A stretch of 64,000 nt of DNA, taken from assembly GCA_031364845.1 (NCBI GenBank), contig JANLWX010000028.1, positions 1 to 64,000 of the forward strand, written 5' to 3'. Positions 27,201-37,427 of this stretch are shown here, piece by piece (the first letter of the stretch is position 1; each line of letters begins with the position of its first letter). Below the pieces are notes generated by a model. That model did no database searches. It saw nothing but the letters and a program-made list of their open reading frames with translations, and had not been told where the DNA came from. This stretch comes from Candidatus Eiseniibacteriota bacterium (GTDB taxonomy: Bacteria; Eisenbacteria; RBG-16-71-46). A program made the translations under genes and the position numbers.

Positions 27201-27536
27201 TCGGTGCTCGACCGCTTTGCCTATGAGCGTGAAGGCGACAGCACGCTCGTGATCGGCGCCGGCATTCCGCTCGCATGGACGAAGGACTCCGGCGTGAACG
27301 TGAAGGGCCTTCCGACGCCGCACGGGCCGCTGGGTTTCACGATGCGCGCGCACGGGGACTCGATGGTGGTGACGATCGATGCCGGCGTGCGGGTTCCGCG
27401 CGGTGGAATTCTGCTGCGCCCGCCTGCGGCGGGTGCGCCCATGAGTGCGAGCGTGAACGGCGCCGCGGTGCGTCCGAGCCCTGCAGGGCTCTTGATCCGC
27501 AAGCTCCCCGCGCGCGTGGTCATTCGCAGCCGCTGA
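24279..27536 (+). CDS. Secreted multidomain protein: CBM-like beta-sandwich, discoidin (F5/8C, CBM32-like) domain and C-terminal (alpha/alpha)6 glycosidase-like domain
   Basis: Signal peptide; ASSS...AAVDRDSASVWAS...WLALDLG...YDVEVSGDG discoidin pattern; GSRSYERSWIRDG, PEHDSHGEF, SISHEGY, GDMPHTW. Confidence 0.8.
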   Translation: MNAWTAAGTAGLCNRRRPGPGVSASFLAFVLVSVIGVAAHAAPPAPRVHLDAFDDVSAWSAVPASGVQLRIGSDAGTHGRAMRLDFDFGGGGGYAVARRAIAIDLPANYRFRFAVRGDCKPNDLEFKLIDASGDNVWWNNRRNFVFPAQWETLTTRKRQIGFAWGPSNAELRHVAAIEIAITAGSGGKGTVWLDEFTLEPLPVASATPPAVAARASSSRPRSPAAAAVDRDSASVWASDAGDSRPWLALDLGGEREFGGLVIDWADGRHATDYDVEVSGDGTAWRPLRAVRGANGGRDHLYLPESEARALRVRATRAVAARGIAIRSITVEPLEWSASLGHFYETLAAEAPHGSYPRGLLQEQSYWAVLGTDRGEVEEAMLGEDGMLETGKAQYSIEPFLRVNDSLVTWADVQASHRLAEGDLPIPTVTWRRGETELSVTAFAFDPLDETPAALAGLARNGLGVLARYRVTHQGQRPARITLYLALRPFQVNPLSQFLNTAGGVATIRTLAREGAVVRVNGDRGIVSLTPPARFGAAAFDHGDIVEFLRRGGVPARDSVSDPFEHASGALEYVFDIPAGGTREVDVFIPLRGRPSAPAVVPTPAMVAQAEAASVKRWAAHRRGITIEVPQAGAEEIRAMRAQLGWILINRDGAAIQPGSRSYERSWIRDGSLTSTALLRLGHPEVVREFITWFAGHLYPDGKVPCCVDARGADPVPEHDSHGEFIYLVAEYYRYTGDRALIEQQWPAIARAVAHMDSLRQTRRTAEWRVPAKREFFGLLPPSISHEGYSAKPMHSYWDDFFALRGFKDAAWLAGVLGRRSQQIAFTAMRDQFQRELGASIKAAMARHRIDYIPGCADLGDFDATSTTIALAPASAEAALPPGALARTFEKYWEFFRERRVSTTWDAYTPYETRVIGSMVRLGWRERADSLATWFLRDRRPLGWQQWAEVVDREPRHVRFIGDMPHTWVGSDFVRSVLDRFAYEREGDSTLVIGAGIPLAWTKDSGVNVKGLPTPHGPLGFTMRAHGDSMVVTIDAGVRVPRGGILLRPPAAGAPMSASVNGAAVRPSPAGLLIRKLPARVVIRSR

Positions 27537-27540
27537 GTTT

Positions 27541-28935
27541 CTAACTGCCGAAAACGGCCCCGGAACCATCCGCCAGCACCGCGCCGTTCGTTCGGATCAC
27601 CTCGCGGTAATATTCGGCACTCGCCTTCATCGTCCGCGCCTGCGTCGCCGGATCCACGTGCAGGAGTCCGAAGGTGATGGCGTAGCCGCTCGCCCATTCG
27701 AAATTGTCGAGCAGCGACCACGCGAAATAGCCACGCACATCGACGCCGCGGCGGATCGCCTCGAGTGTCGCGAGCAGGTGTTCGCGGTAATACGACACGC
27801 GCTGCGCGTCATCGATGCGGCCGTCTGCCGTCGGCGAGGGATCGTCGAACGCGCCACCGTTCTCGGTGATGTAGAGCGGGATGTCGCCGTAGCGCTCCTT
27901 CACCCAGCACAGCGCGCGCGTGAGGCTCTCGGCGTGCACTTCCCAGCCGGTCTGCATGTGGCCGGGACCTTCCGTTCTCACCTTGGCCGCGCGCATCGGC
28001 CACGTGGCGTCGTCGTGCTTCATGATGCTGCGCGTGTAGTAGTTGATCCCGAGGAAGTCGATCGGCTGTCGGATCAAGGCGAAGTCTTCGGCCGGGAACT
28101 CGACCCACGCATCGCCGTAGATTTCACGCATGCCGTCGGGCGCGCGGCCGAGCATCGGGGGATCGAGATACTGCTGGTTCATGTACACATCGGCGCGGGT
28201 CGTCGCGGCGAGGTCTTCGGCGCTCTCCGAGGCTGCATCCTTCGGCTCGAGGTTCACGACCAGGCCGATCTTCTGTTTGCCGATGCCGCGGTAGCGCTGG
28301 ACCGCGGCACCATGTGCGCGCATCAGGTGGTGCGCGGCGATCGGCGCTTCGTAGAGGTTGCGATGGCCGGGCGCGTTCACGCCGTAGAGATATCCGCCGT
28401 CGACCACCACCCACGGCTCGTTGAGTGTCGCCCACATCGGCACGCGGTCGCCGAGCGCGCGGAAGCAGACCTCGGCGTAGTCGGCGAACCAGTGCGCGAT
28501 GTCGGGGTTGAGCCACCCGCCGCGATCGTCGAGTGCCACCGGCAGGTCCCAATGGAACAGCGTCACGCACGGTTCGATGCCGCGCGTGAGCAACTGGTCG
28601 ACGAGTCGCGAATAGAAGTCGATGCCCTTGGCGTTCACGCGCCCAAGTCCTTCGGGAAGGATGCGCGCCCACGCGAGGCTGAAGCGGTAGGAATCGAGTC
28701 CGAGCCGCGCCATCCATTCGACGTCCTCGGCGAAGCGGCGGTAGTGATCGCACGCGAGGTCACCGGTGTCGCCGCCTTTGACGCGCCCGGGTGTGTGCGA
28801 GAAGCGGTGCCAGATGTTCATTCCCGCACCGTCGGCGAGCGGTGAGCCTTCGATCTGGTAGGCGGAGGTCGCAGCGCCCCACAGGAACTTCTCGGGGAAT
28901 GATGTCGCGCCTCCGGCGGTCGGATTCATCGTCAT
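27541..28935 (-). CDS. GH1 beta-glucosidase
   Basis: FLWGAATSAYQIEG, YRFSLAWARI, TLFHWDLP, TLNEP acid/base, YITENG nucleophile, WSLLDNFEW. Confidence 0.95.
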   Translation of the reverse strand: MTMNPTAGGATSFPEKFLWGAATSAYQIEGSPLADGAGMNIWHRFSHTPGRVKGGDTGDLACDHYRRFAEDVEWMARLGLDSYRFSLAWARILPEGLGRVNAKGIDFYSRLVDQLLTRGIEPCVTLFHWDLPVALDDRGGWLNPDIAHWFADYAEVCFRALGDRVPMWATLNEPWVVVDGGYLYGVNAPGHRNLYEAPIAAHHLMRAHGAAVQRYRGIGKQKIGLVVNLEPKDAASESAEDLAATTRADVYMNQQYLDPPMLGRAPDGMREIYGDAWVEFPAEDFALIRQPIDFLGINYYTRSIMKHDDATWPMRAAKVRTEGPGHMQTGWEVHAESLTRALCWVKERYGDIPLYITENGGAFDDPSPTADGRIDDAQRVSYYREHLLATLEAIRRGVDVRGYFAWSLLDNFEWASGYAITFGLLHVDPATQARTMKASAEYYREVIRTNGAVLADGSGAVFGS

Positions 28936-29020
28936 GGTCACGAACTTTCGGTGGTGGAACGATAAGGGTGGCGTCCCGCGCGAACGGGAGGGACGCCGCG
29001 CATGCGAAGGCCGCCCGCGG

Positions 29021-30709
29021 TCACGGAGTGCCGCCGCCCGGCGTCGGCGGCAGCGCCATCGCCTGGGCCCGCAGCGCGCGGGCTTCGAAGAAATCGGGGT
29101 CGAGCGCGATCGCGCGGTCGACGAGCGTGATCGCGCGTGATGGATCGCCGAGCTTGAGCGCGGCGCGGGCAGCGTTCTTGTAGAGGTAGGCCTCGCCCGG
29201 AAACGCGCGGATGCCGCGTTCGAGCACCTGCAGCGCTTCACTGGCCTGGCCGTTGTCGATCAGAGCGACGCCGAGGTTGTTGTAGACATTCGCCTGCGAG
29301 GAGTCGAGCGAGATCGACGTCCGCAGACTCGTGACTGCGGCCGGATAGACGCGCTGCGAAAGCTGCACCGAAGCCAGATTGTAGTAGGCGCTCGCCGTGA
29401 GCTTCGGGTCTTTCGGGTTGTGCCGGATCACTGCGCGATAGAGCGACTCCGCGGAGGGGTAGAGACTGTCCGCTTCGTAGAGCCGCCCGAGCCCGGTCAG
29501 AGCGCCCGCCTGCGTGGGGTCGAGCACCAGCGCCTGCTGGAACAGTGCGCGCGCTGCCGCGAGATCGCCCTGTTCCTGCCTCTGAACCGCCTGACTCTGG
29601 ATCGCGACCGCCTCGGTCTGCTTGCGCGCGGTCTCCGCGCGACGCTTGGAGGCCGCCGGGCCGTTGAAGATCACGAACATCGAGGCGCCGATCGCGACGG
29701 CCGGGCCCGCGAAAAAGAGCCAGCGCTTCGAGCGTGAATCACGCGAGGCGGCGGTTGCAGTCGGCGTGGCAGACGGCATCGCGGCGGTACGCATAGCGGA
29801 GGTTCCCGCCGCGGGTATCACCGCCGTGCGCACTGCCGACGTCGCGGCGACACTCGCGCCCGCGACACCCGGCTCGAACGCCATGCCGCTTGCGCTCGGG
29901 GGTGCGACGCCGGTCATCGCGCTCAACTCGCGCGCTGCGGTCGCGGCGTCCATGCGCTGCGCGGGATCCTTGGCCAACAGCGCTGCCACGATCGTCTCGA
30001 CCGCTTCGGGGACGTCGCCGCGCGTTTCCGAAAGCGGCGACGGATCTTCGTTCGCGATCGCGAACATCACCGCCATCGCGTTGTCGCCGGGATAGGCACG
30101 GCGCCCCGCGAGCATTTCGTAGAGCACGAGCCCGAGCGCGAACACGTCGCCTTCGGGGCCGCTCTGACCGCGGATCGCTTCGGGCGCCATGTAGGCCGGC
30201 GTGCCGAGGCTGGTGCCGGTCACCGTGAGCTTCGACGCCATGGTCGCGCGCGCGAGACCGAAGTCCATGATCTTGATCGTGCCGTGCTCGTCGAACATCA
30301 AGTTCTCGGGCTTGATGTCGCGATGGCTGGTGCCGCGGCGATGTGCGTAGCCCAGTGCCGCCGCGACGTCGCGCGCGATCGCGAGCGCGTCGGCAACGGG
30401 CAGCGCGCCGTGGTCGATGCGGTCGCGCAGGCTCGAGCCGGTCAGCAGCTCCATCGCGATGAACGGACGGTCGGCTTCCTGCTCGAACGCGTAGACGGTC
30501 GCGATGTGGGGGTGGTTGAGCTCGGCAGCCGACAGCGCCTCGCGCTCGAAGCGGGTGAGTGCGTCCGCGTCCATGGCGAGTTCGGGAGACAGGAACTTGA
30601 GCGCGACGCGGCGGCGCAGCTTGAGGTCCAAGGCTTCGTAGACCTCACCCATGCCGCCGCGGCCGATCCGGCGCACGATCTCGAAGTGTGAGACTCGGGT
30701 GGGCTCCAT
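29021..30709 (-). CDS. Hanks-type Ser/Thr kinase with TM segment and extracytoplasmic TPRs
   Basis: IGRGGMGEVY, VALK, HRDIKPEN, DFGLA, GTPAYMAPE; TM WLFFAGPAVAIGASMFVIF; TPRs (AYYNLA, VYNNLG). Confidence 0.93.
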   Translation of the reverse strand: MEPTRVSHFEIVRRIGRGGMGEVYEALDLKLRRRVALKFLSPELAMDADALTRFEREALSAAELNHPHIATVYAFEQEADRPFIAMELLTGSSLRDRIDHGALPVADALAIARDVAAALGYAHRRGTSHRDIKPENLMFDEHGTIKIMDFGLARATMASKLTVTGTSLGTPAYMAPEAIRGQSGPEGDVFALGLVLYEMLAGRRAYPGDNAMAVMFAIANEDPSPLSETRGDVPEAVETIVAALLAKDPAQRMDAATAARELSAMTGVAPPSASGMAFEPGVAGASVAATSAVRTAVIPAAGTSAMRTAAMPSATPTATAASRDSRSKRWLFFAGPAVAIGASMFVIFNGPAASKRRAETARKQTEAVAIQSQAVQRQEQGDLAAARALFQQALVLDPTQAGALTGLGRLYEADSLYPSAESLYRAVIRHNPKDPKLTASAYYNLASVQLSQRVYPAAVTSLRTSISLDSSQANVYNNLGVALIDNGQASEALQVLERGIRAFPGEAYLYKNAARAALKLGDPSRAITLVDRAIALDPDFFEARALRAQAMALPPTPGGGTP

Positions 30710-30861
30710 GAGCGCGCGAAGGTAGCATGCCGCGCACATGCCGCGCCCGGCCGCGAAGCGGGCGGGTGCAAGGGGAGGCGAGGTGCGTGGGGATTCCCAA
30801 CGAGGGCCGCGAAGCGGCCGAGTGCACGCGACCGGGCGCGTGAATACTCAAACACCCAGGC

Positions 30862-30883
30862 GCGCGGCGAAAACCCGCCGCGC
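30862..30883 (-). terminator. Stem-loop just after the stop of the secreted TPR gene
   Basis: GCGCGGCG-N6-CGCCGCGC with an adjacent T/A tract. Confidence 0.5.
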
Positions 30884-30885
30884 TT

Positions 30886-31842
30886 TTATTTAATCTCCCT
30901 CGCCCGCTCCCGCTCCACCTTCGCCCGCTCGGGCAGGCCGATGGTCTGATACACATTCGCCAGCGCGTCGTGCGGTCCCGGCGACTGCGGTGCGAGCCGC
31001 ACGAGTTCTTCGAAGGAGCGCGCCGCGTCCGCGTAGAGTCCGCGGCCCACGAGGTACGAGCCCGCGAGATAACGCCCCGCCTCGCTGTCGTTGCCTGCTG
31101 CCTTCTGGATGTCGCCGAGATGGTCACGCACCTGCTCCGCTTCGCCATCGCTCAGGACGTGGAACGTCGACTGCTCGCGCGCACCCTCGCCCGAGATCGG
31201 CCCGGTGTCGGACATCGCGATCACTTCCCACATGTAGTCGGTGCCGGCCGCGAGCGAATCGGCATCGCCGGGATAGACGAGCGTCGTGTCGGAGACTTCG
31301 CGGGACCACACGGTGCCCGCTTCGCTGGTGACCGTCACCTGATAGCGGCTCGCGCCGCCGATCGAGCTCCATGCGAATCCCGGCCGGCTCGAAAGCACGG
31401 CGCTCACACGCGGCTCGATGAGCAGCGACGGGCGCGCTGTGCCGCGCATGGGCGACAGCGCAACCAGCCCTGCCTGCTTCTTCTCGCTGGTGATGAACTT
31501 GGAAACGCGGCTGAAGACTTCGTTCGAAACGCCCGAGCCCGGACCGATCCGTTTCGCATCGGTCGCCGAGAGTTTGCCGCCCACCGTCATGCTGCTGCCG
31601 GCGCTCAGCTCGACGATGTTGCCGTCGCTGAAGAACAGGCTCGCGGTTCCGCCCGAACCCACGATCACCTTGTCGCCGCGCTCGAGCGGCCGGCCGAGTG
31701 ACGCCTTTGCCGCTGCACCCTTGGCGACGGCCACGGTGACCGCGCCCTTCATGGCGACGATGAATGCGACCGGCTCGGCCATGGCGACCGAGGCGGACAT
31801 GACGGCGGCGGCAACGATGCAGGAGAGGAGGGTGCGGCGCAC
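30886..31842 (-). CDS. Secreted protein: FecR-like N-terminal beta domain, Ig-like middle domain, C-terminal TPR
   Basis: GTG start with AAGGAG RBS; signal peptide; LERGDKVIVG...ASLFFSDG...VEL; PGFAWS...YQVTV...LVYP...L..G.DY.WEV; TPR at end. Confidence 0.7.
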   Translation of the reverse strand: MRRTLLSCIVAAAVMSASVAMAEPVAFIVAMKGAVTVAVAKGAAAKASLGRPLERGDKVIVGSGGTASLFFSDGNIVELSAGSSMTVGGKLSATDAKRIGPGSGVSNEVFSRVSKFITSEKKQAGLVALSPMRGTARPSLLIEPRVSAVLSSRPGFAWSSIGGASRYQVTVTSEAGTVWSREVSDTTLVYPGDADSLAAGTDYMWEVIAMSDTGPISGEGAREQSTFHVLSDGEAEQVRDHLGDIQKAAGNDSEAGRYLAGSYLVGRGLYADAARSFEELVRLAPQSPGPHDALANVYQTIGLPERAKVERERAREIK

Positions 31843-31889
31843 AGGAAGGTCTCCTTGGGTCACGGCGAAAGATCGGGGCGCACCATTGA

Positions 31890-33613
<1,724 letters not shown>

Positions 33614-33628
33614 AGTAAAGCCAAGACT

Positions 33629-33654
33629 GCCAACTGTCCTCACGGACAGTTGGC
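33629..33654. terminator. Bidirectional terminator-like hairpin between convergent genes
   Basis: GCCAACTGTCC-TCAC-GGACAGTTGGC, perfect 11-bp stem. Confidence 0.75.
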
Positions 33655-34562
33655 TATTTATGATAATGCGCATCCTTCTCACCGGCGTTGATCGCCACCG
33701 TGAGCAAATTCGTCTTCGGTGGAATCGGGCAATTGTAGTGGTCCGACACGGCGCACGCGGGATTGTAGGCGTTGTTGAAGTCGAGCACCCAGCGTCCGTC
33801 GGGCAGTGCTTCGGGATCGACGTAGCGACCGACGTCGTAGGTCGTCTTGCCGGTGGTCGCGTCGCGGAAGAACACGCTCAAGCTCTTCTCGTCGACGCCG
33901 GGCTCGAGCAGCCGATTGGCTTCGAGTCGGCAGGGCTTCCCGTTCACCTTGAAGTCGAACCAGCCGACCCGCACCGCGCGACGTTCGTTGCCACGCGTGG
34001 ACTGGATGATCACGGTGTCGGCGGCGGGATTGGGTGTGAGCGCCAGCTCGTAGCGATACTTGAAGTCGACCGGGAACCACTCGAGCCCTTTGTAGCGGGC
34101 GAAGCCCGGGCTCTTCGGGTCGAACACGATGATCGCCGGGAAGCGCTGATGCGAGAGCCGCAGGGTGAAGCGGCCGACTCCGATCTGGCTCGGCGGCAGT
34201 GTGGCTTCCGTGCGCACTTCGTCCTTCACCTTGAAGGTTGCGCCGGGCTCCGCCGCGACGACGTGGAACGAGTCGCCTTCCACGATCACGCGCAGATGGT
34301 GGTTCGAGATCTCGGGATCGTCGATGCGCATGTCGTTGTGCTCGTCGCGGCCGACGGCCAGCATCGAGCGGTTGCCGAAATCGCGGCGCTGAACGGTCGC
34401 CAGATAGGACGTCGGCTTGGCCTTGAGAAACTCGAGAGTCTCCTCGCGGTCCTTGAGCGCTGCGGCCCGCAAGCTGTCGACCTGGGCAGGCGCGAGTTTG
34501 ACCGGGGCCGCGGGGACGACACTGGTGGCAGCAACGACGGCGAGGGCGAGAAGGCTGATCAT
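33654..34562 (-). CDS. DUF1684-family secreted protein
   Basis: Signal peptide; FFRDATTGKTTYDVGRY, LDFNNAYNPACA...YNCPIPPKTNLL..AINAGEK. Confidence 0.88.
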   Translation of the reverse strand: MISLLALAVVAATSVVPAAPVKLAPAQVDSLRAAALKDREETLEFLKAKPTSYLATVQRRDFGNRSMLAVGRDEHNDMRIDDPEISNHHLRVIVEGDSFHVVAAEPGATFKVKDEVRTEATLPPSQIGVGRFTLRLSHQRFPAIIVFDPKSPGFARYKGLEWFPVDFKYRYELALTPNPAADTVIIQSTRGNERRAVRVGWFDFKVNGKPCRLEANRLLEPGVDEKSLSVFFRDATTGKTTYDVGRYVDPEALPDGRWVLDFNNAYNPACAVSDHYNCPIPPKTNLLTVAINAGEKDAHYHK

Positions 34563-34660
34563 GGGGCGCTTTCGTGGGTTGGGTGCGATGTTTCCGGGAG
34601 CTTTCGGGCGCGCGGCCGCGCCAATTATTTGCCGGGAGATGATACCGCGCATCTTGCGGG

Positions 34661-34690
34661 TTGCGAACCCGCCCCCGAGTCCGGTAGCTT
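34661..34690 (+). promoter_or_regulatory. Candidate pyrB promoter TTGCGA-N18-TAGCTT
   Basis: Would place the transcript start just upstream of the PyrR site. Confidence 0.4.
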
Positions 34691-34712
34691 CCGCGTCGTC
34701 GGGTTGCAGAAG

Positions 34713-34750
34713 TTCCTTTAACGTGGCTCCGAGAGGCCGCAAAGGGGGAG
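34713..34750 (+). promoter_or_regulatory. PyrR-binding RNA stem-loop overlapping the pyrB Shine-Dalgarno
   Basis: CCTTTAA...GGCTCCGAGAGGCC..AAAGG matches the UUUAA + CNGNGAGGY PyrR loop pattern; 3' arm runs into GGGGGAG, ATG at 34755. Confidence 0.8.
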
Positions 34751-34754
34751 TCTG

Positions 34755-35804
34755 ATGAACGCTTCCGTCCTGTTGAATGCCCCGCCGTCCCCAAGCATCG
34801 AGGATGCGGGGATTTTTCATGCTCCGGCCGCGCCCCGTGTCATGTCTTCGCATTTTCTGGGACTCGAGGGCATGCGGCGCGAGTCGATCGTCGAGCTGCT
34901 GGACGAAGCGGTGCGTTACCAGACGATGTTGAAGGCGGGCCGCGTCTCGGCGGAGCTGCGCGGGATGGCGGTGTGCCTCGCGTTCTTCGAGGACTCGACG
35001 CGCACGCGCGTGTCGTTCGATCTGGCGGCCCAGCGGCTCGGGGCGATGCCGGTCACGCTGTTCCCTTCGGGCTCCTCGATGTCCAAGGGCGAGACGCTGC
35101 TCGACACGCTGACGACGGTGGTTTCGATGAACGTCGATCTCGTGGTCGTGCGCCACCAGTCGCCGGGAGCGCCGGCGTATCTCTCGCGCCATCTCGATGC
35201 GGGCGTGATCAACGCCGGCGATGGCGGGCACGAGCATCCGACGCAGGGGCTGCTCGATCTGCTCACCCTGCGCGAGGCGTGGCGCGGGCGATTCGAGAGC
35301 CGCCGCATCGCGATCATCGGCGACATCGCGCACTCGCGAGTGGCGCGCTCGGCGATCCATGGCCTGAAGGCGATGGGCGCGTCGGTGACCGTGGCCGGCC
35401 CTCGCACGCTGATGCCGGCCGGCATCGAAGCACTCGGGTGCACGGTCGCCGACACGGTCGAGGACGCGATGCGCGGCGCGGACGGCGTGATGGCGCTGCG
35501 CATCCAGCGCGAGCGCTGTACCCAGAGCCTGATTCCCTCGGCGGGCGAATACATGCGCCGGTTCGGCGTGACGGCGGCGCGGGTCGCACTGATGAAGCCG
35601 GAAGCCGTCGTGATGCACCCGGGCCCGTTCAATCGCGAGGTCGAGATCGCCTCCGACGTGGTGGATGGGGCGCGCTCGGTGATCTGGCGCCAGGTCGAGA
35701 ACGGCGCCGCGGTGCGGTGCGCGGTGCTGGCGCGCTGCGCGCGGGCGCGGCGTCCGGAGCGGACCGGGCTGACGTTCGATGTCGGGGAGGAGATCGCGAC
35801 GTGA
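34755..35804 (+). CDS. pyrB: Aspartate carbamoyltransferase catalytic subunit
   Basis: FFEDSTRTRVSF, SKGETLLDT, INAGDG..EHPTQGLLD, GDIAHSRVARS, MHPGP. Confidence 0.96.
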   Translation: MNASVLLNAPPSPSIEDAGIFHAPAAPRVMSSHFLGLEGMRRESIVELLDEAVRYQTMLKAGRVSAELRGMAVCLAFFEDSTRTRVSFDLAAQRLGAMPVTLFPSGSSMSKGETLLDTLTTVVSMNVDLVVVRHQSPGAPAYLSRHLDAGVINAGDGGHEHPTQGLLDLLTLREAWRGRFESRRIAIIGDIAHSRVARSAIHGLKAMGASVTVAGPRTLMPAGIEALGCTVADTVEDAMRGADGVMALRIQRERCTQSLIPSAGEYMRRFGVTAARVALMKPEAVVMHPGPFNREVEIASDVVDGARSVIWRQVENGAAVRCAVLARCARARRPERTGLTFDVGEEIAT

Positions 35805-37147
35805 ACGCGATTCACATTCGCGACGCGCGCCACTGGCAGACCGGAGCGCCGTTGGAGCTGATCTGCGCGGGTAGTGTGATCGTCGCCGCCGGCGATGACG
35901 CCGCGGCATGGCTCGCCTCGGGCGCCGCGGCTGCGTTCGAGATCGACACGCTCGATGCGGCGGGCGCCGTGCTCGCACCGGGGCTCGTCGATGTCCACGT
36001 GCATCTGCGCGAGCCTGGTCAGTCGGCGAAGGAGACGATCGCCACCGGCACGCGCGCCGCGGCGGCGGGCGGATTCACCAGCATCATGTGCATGCCCAAC
36101 ACGAACCCGGTCGTCGATACGCCGGCCCAGGTGGAATGGGTGCTCCAGCGTGCGAAGGCCGCGGGCCACTGCCGCGTGCTCCCGATCGCGGCGGTCACCG
36201 TGGGCCAAAACGGTGAGCAGCTCACCGAGTTCCTTGCGCTGCGCGACGCGGGTGCCGTGGCACTGAGCGACGACGGGCGTCCGGTGATGAGCGCGGCCGT
36301 GATGCGCCACGCGCTCGAGTACGCGACCCACGCCGGGCTCGCGATCATCTGCCACGAAGAGGACCTCACGCTGCGCGGGGCGGGTCAGATGAACGAAGGC
36401 GCGGTCGCCACGCGGCTCGGTTACGCCGGCATTCCGAATGCGGCCGAGAGCGTGATGGTGCGGCGCGACTGCGATCTCGCGGCGCTGACCGGCGGACGCG
36501 CGCACTTCGCGCACCTCTCGTGCGCCGAGTCGCTCGATGGACTGCGCGACGGCAAGCGCCGCGGGCTCGGGGTGTCGGGCGAAACGTGTCCACACTACTG
36601 GACGCTCACGGACGATGCGGTGCCGGAGTTCGGCACGCAGGCCAAGATGAATCCGCCGCTGCGCACCGAGCGTGATCGCTGTGCGGTGATCGAGGCGATC
36701 GTCGACGGGACGCTCGACTGTTTCGCCACCGATCACGCGCCGCACACGGCACTCGAGAAGGACCAGCCGTTCGATGCGGCGCCGAACGGGATCGTCGGGC
36801 TCGAAACCGCACTCGCGCTCACGCTCACGCATCTCGTGCGGCCGGGCCACATCACGCTCACCCGCGCGCTCGAACTGTGGACCGATGCACCGCGGCGCCT
36901 GTTCGCGCTGCCGCCGGTCGAGTTGGCCGCGGGATTCCCGGCGGATCTGGTGCTGATCGACCCGGACGAAGCGTGGGAGGTCGACCCGGAAGCCTTCGAA
37001 TCGAAGGGCCGCAGCACGCCGTTCGCGGGCGCGCGAGTGACCGGGCGGGTGCAGGTGACGATCTGCGAGGGCCGGATCACGCATGCGCGGCCGCAGGCGC
37101 GGGCGGGCGGTCTGCGAACGACGATATCCGCGGGGGCGGCGGGCTGA
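35801..37147 (+). CDS. pyrC: Dihydroorotase (type I)
   Basis: PGLVDVHVHLREPG, AAAGGFT...MPNTNP, SDDG, KMNPPLR, ATDHAPH, GLET. Confidence 0.96.
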   Translation: MNAIHIRDARHWQTGAPLELICAGSVIVAAGDDAAAWLASGAAAAFEIDTLDAAGAVLAPGLVDVHVHLREPGQSAKETIATGTRAAAAGGFTSIMCMPNTNPVVDTPAQVEWVLQRAKAAGHCRVLPIAAVTVGQNGEQLTEFLALRDAGAVALSDDGRPVMSAAVMRHALEYATHAGLAIICHEEDLTLRGAGQMNEGAVATRLGYAGIPNAAESVMVRRDCDLAALTGGRAHFAHLSCAESLDGLRDGKRRGLGVSGETCPHYWTLTDDAVPEFGTQAKMNPPLRTERDRCAVIEAIVDGTLDCFATDHAPHTALEKDQPFDAAPNGIVGLETALALTLTHLVRPGHITLTRALELWTDAPRRLFALPPVELAAGFPADLVLIDPDEAWEVDPEAFESKGRSTPFAGARVTGRVQVTICEGRITHARPQARAGGLRTTISAGAAG

Positions 37148-37427
37148 GTTTCGCGGTCGCGGCGCCTGCAAATCCTGCCGCGCAAAGATGATGGGGGCCG
37201 CCCGGGAACGACGATCTCGCCCGAGATTCGTAGGCGCCGGGAGCCGGGTGCTACCATGGCCACGCGGGCAGGCGAACAAAACGGGCCGGCCGGGGTATCA
37301 GATGTGGCGCTCCGGGCTAAGGCCCGGTGCCGGGCTCGCACACGAGGTTCAACGCCGCGATGACTTCGAGAAACTCCGGACGCGGCTGCACGTCCTGAAC
37401 CTGACGGATCACAGGAGAAACCACCCG

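Noticed and set aside
30749..30826. Mini CRISPR array
   Set aside because: Only two short copies, no third repeat, no cas genes
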